Under the pieces are notes generated by a model. It was given only the letters and a program-made list of their open reading frames with translations. It was not told the DNA's origin and did no database searches. A DNA stretch of 61,854 bases, filler included. It is 9 parts of 9 records of this genome, joined end to end, with 100 filler letters (N's around TTAATTAATTAA, not from the genome) between each part and the next. Parts side by side here need not be neighbours in the genome. Positions count along the whole stretch, not along the records: positions 55,278 to 61,854 come from SRR31156797_89961; 8 more parts are not named here. The stretch is one strand, 5' to 3'. A program made the translations under genes and the position numbers. Position 1 is the first letter of the stretch. Each line of letters begins with the position of its first letter. This document shows positions 60,489 through 61,854 of this stretch, one piece after another.

Positions 60489-60671
60489 TCATTTCTTTTT
60501 GAGGATCTCTTCGAACCGTTCCACCCGTCCCACATTCCCCTGGGTGTAGTTGACCTTGATGTATCCGGTAAAATTTTCATGACGAATGTTCATCAGATAC
60601 TCGAGCAGTCTTTTCAATTTTCCCGCCTGATTCGATTTTGGTTTCTGTATGACTTTGGCTGGCATATTCAT
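60489..60671 (-). CDS. Small basic protein, possibly YezD/DUF2292-like
   Basis: 60 aa from ATG 60671; helix followed by FTGYIKVNYTQGNVGRVERFE beta-hairpin pattern. Confidence 0.55.
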   Translation of the reverse strand: MNMPAKVIQKPKSNQAGKLKRLLEYLMNIRHENFTGYIKVNYTQGNVGRVERFEEILKKK

Positions 60672-60826
60672 GATTGAGTAAACGCTCTGGTTCTTGATGT
60701 TCAGATGAAAAAATGGGGCGAATCGATCACGTTGCTTGTCATTCTCTATTTTCAAAACAGGTACTAAGTAAGCAAGTCATGTTAGCTATTAATTAGCAAA
60801 AAATAAAGATTTTGTATTTTTCGATC

Positions 60827-60980
60827 CAGGGTAACCGCATTTGGATCGATTTCATGTTTTTCGCGGGCATGGCCCGCTCCTACATCACCCCATGGCTCAG
60901 AGTATCGGCTGTTTTCTGTAGGAGCTGGCCACGCCCGCGAAAATTGTTTTCCTCCTTGAATGTCAAATGCGGTTACCCTG
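60827..60980. mobile_element. 154-bp MITE with 17-bp TIRs, 10-bp target duplication and an internal REP pair
   Basis: CAGGGTAACCGCATTTG (60827-60843) / CAAATGCGGTTACCCTG (60964-60980); TTTTTCGATC on both flanks. Confidence 0.85.
60861..60940. repeat. Inverted pair of GTAG-type REP units
   Basis: TCGCGGGCATGGCCCGCTCCTACA (60861-60884) and TGTAGGAGCTGGCCACGCCCGCGA (60917-60940). Confidence 0.75.
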
Positions 60981-61056
60981 TTTTTCGATCCTGCAAAATT
61001 GAAAGAGGGGGAAAATCCCCCTCATTTCAAGTTTCATAACAATAAGGGAAGTTGCT

Positions 61057-61830
61057 TTATTTTTTTCTCCGGATCCTGGAACGGAGACCGGTCAAGCCGA
61101 GGAGACCGGAGCCGAACAGAACGACTGCACCGGGGATAGGAACCTCGCTAGTTCCGGAAGTATAGGTAGCCATCAGGGTTCCACTCGTGGTGTCGAGTGT
61201 CCAGGAACCGATTTCGCTCAGCACGCCAAACGATGCGCTGCCGTCTGTAAACGTGGTAACATCATATTGGTACATGGTCATCGCATCATCCATTACACCT
61301 TCGGTCAGTTGCAGCTCTCCTCCAAATCCGGAACCCGCGTTGATCAGTCCACCATAAGAACCGGGCGAATCTCCACTCATCTGAAAGTATCGCCAATACT
61401 CACCATCGGACTTGGCCCGTATTGTATCCAGGGCGCCGGTCATACTGGAATTTTCCAGGATCGCTTGCTGGAACATGCTGTAGGTATTTGCAGAAGGTGT
61501 AAACTCGGTTGTGGAACTGGCAAAATAAGCAGGCACGTCAGAAAATGACGCATCATAGCCGCCGCCGAAGATCCCCACGTAGATGTCATCCCAGCTCGTA
61601 GCATCATAGTCGTCCAGGGTTATGCCCGTGTTTATGGTCGTGCCGTCGATTGCATCCAGACTGGTGCCCAGATCGAAATGAACCTCATAGCCTTCTGTAC
61701 CGACAGCGATCGTATTGTCCTCCTCCTCTATCGCCACCAACTGAAAGTTACCCAGCTCGAAAGCTGCTTCAACCGAACTCGTCATTCCCACCAACATGCA
61801 AACGGCCAAACCAATTAAGATACGTTTCAT
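61057..61830 (-). CDS. VPLPA-CTERM surface protein, paralog of 59176-59901
   Basis: Signal peptide; FELGNFQLVA..EVHFDLG..ITLDD..ATSWD shared with the paralog; C-terminal EVPIPGAVVLFGSGLLGLTGLRSRIRRKK. Confidence 0.88.
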   Translation of the reverse strand: MKRILIGLAVCMLVGMTSSVEAAFELGNFQLVAIEEEDNTIAVGTEGYEVHFDLGTSLDAIDGTTINTGITLDDYDATSWDDIYVGIFGGGYDASFSDVPAYFASSTTEFTPSANTYSMFQQAILENSSMTGALDTIRAKSDGEYWRYFQMSGDSPGSYGGLINAGSGFGGELQLTEGVMDDAMTMYQYDVTTFTDGSASFGVLSEIGSWTLDTTSGTLMATYTSGTSEVPIPGAVVLFGSGLLGLTGLRSRIRRKK

Positions 61831-61854
61831 TTTTCCTTCTCCTTTGAATTCTTC

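Noticed and set aside
60380-60800. Possible sigma54 promoter for the CTERM genes
   Set aside because: TTGC elements are present on the minus strand but lack GG at the required -24 spacing

Overview
This window is not one locus. It is nine unrelated contig fragments joined by eight 100-bp linkers (N-run + TTAATTAATTAA + N-run), typical of a concatenated metagenome from an anaerobic community. (1) 1-9669, Desulfobacterales-like: soluble chemoreceptor-like protein, TetR-MFP-RND-TolC efflux operon, start of a TonB-dependent receptor. (2) 9770-20883, spirochaete-like: PflD-type glycyl radical enzyme divergent from an RmlD-like reductase, sugar ABC transporter, ROK kinase and DeoR regulator, then an EFR1 ferredoxin, radA and a GH1 fragment. 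(3) 20984-26600, planctomycete-like: thioester alpha-2-macroglobulin with a membrane/pilin-like insert at the bait position, and a CapD/PglF dehydratase. (4) 26701-33979: headless LRR gene, DUF1302/LolA-like/MMPL module, DUF169, MFS. (5) 34080-39295: second TetR-MFP-RND operon. (6) 39396-44508: TctCBA plus a sugar isomerase. (7) 44609-49919: YgiQ radical SAM, two hypotheticals, tocopherol-cyclase-like protein, PorX-like regulator fragment. (8) 50020-55177: Cys-rich serine protease and a trimeric [FeFe] hydrogenase with a short beta subunit. (9) 55278-61854: surface-protein module with two VPLPA-CTERM paralogs, a Cys-rich PBP-like protein, an FKBP-FKBP-thioredoxin lipoprotein, a c-di-GMP-I riboswitch, a structured leader and a small protein, plus a REP-carrying MITE with a 10-bp target duplication. 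The best candidates for something new are the A2M with a membrane/pilin-like bait, the ABC/ROK-fed PflD sugar pathway with a shared operator, and the riboswitch-controlled surface-protein/foldase module. All family and taxon calls come from motif recognition by eye; no database search was run.
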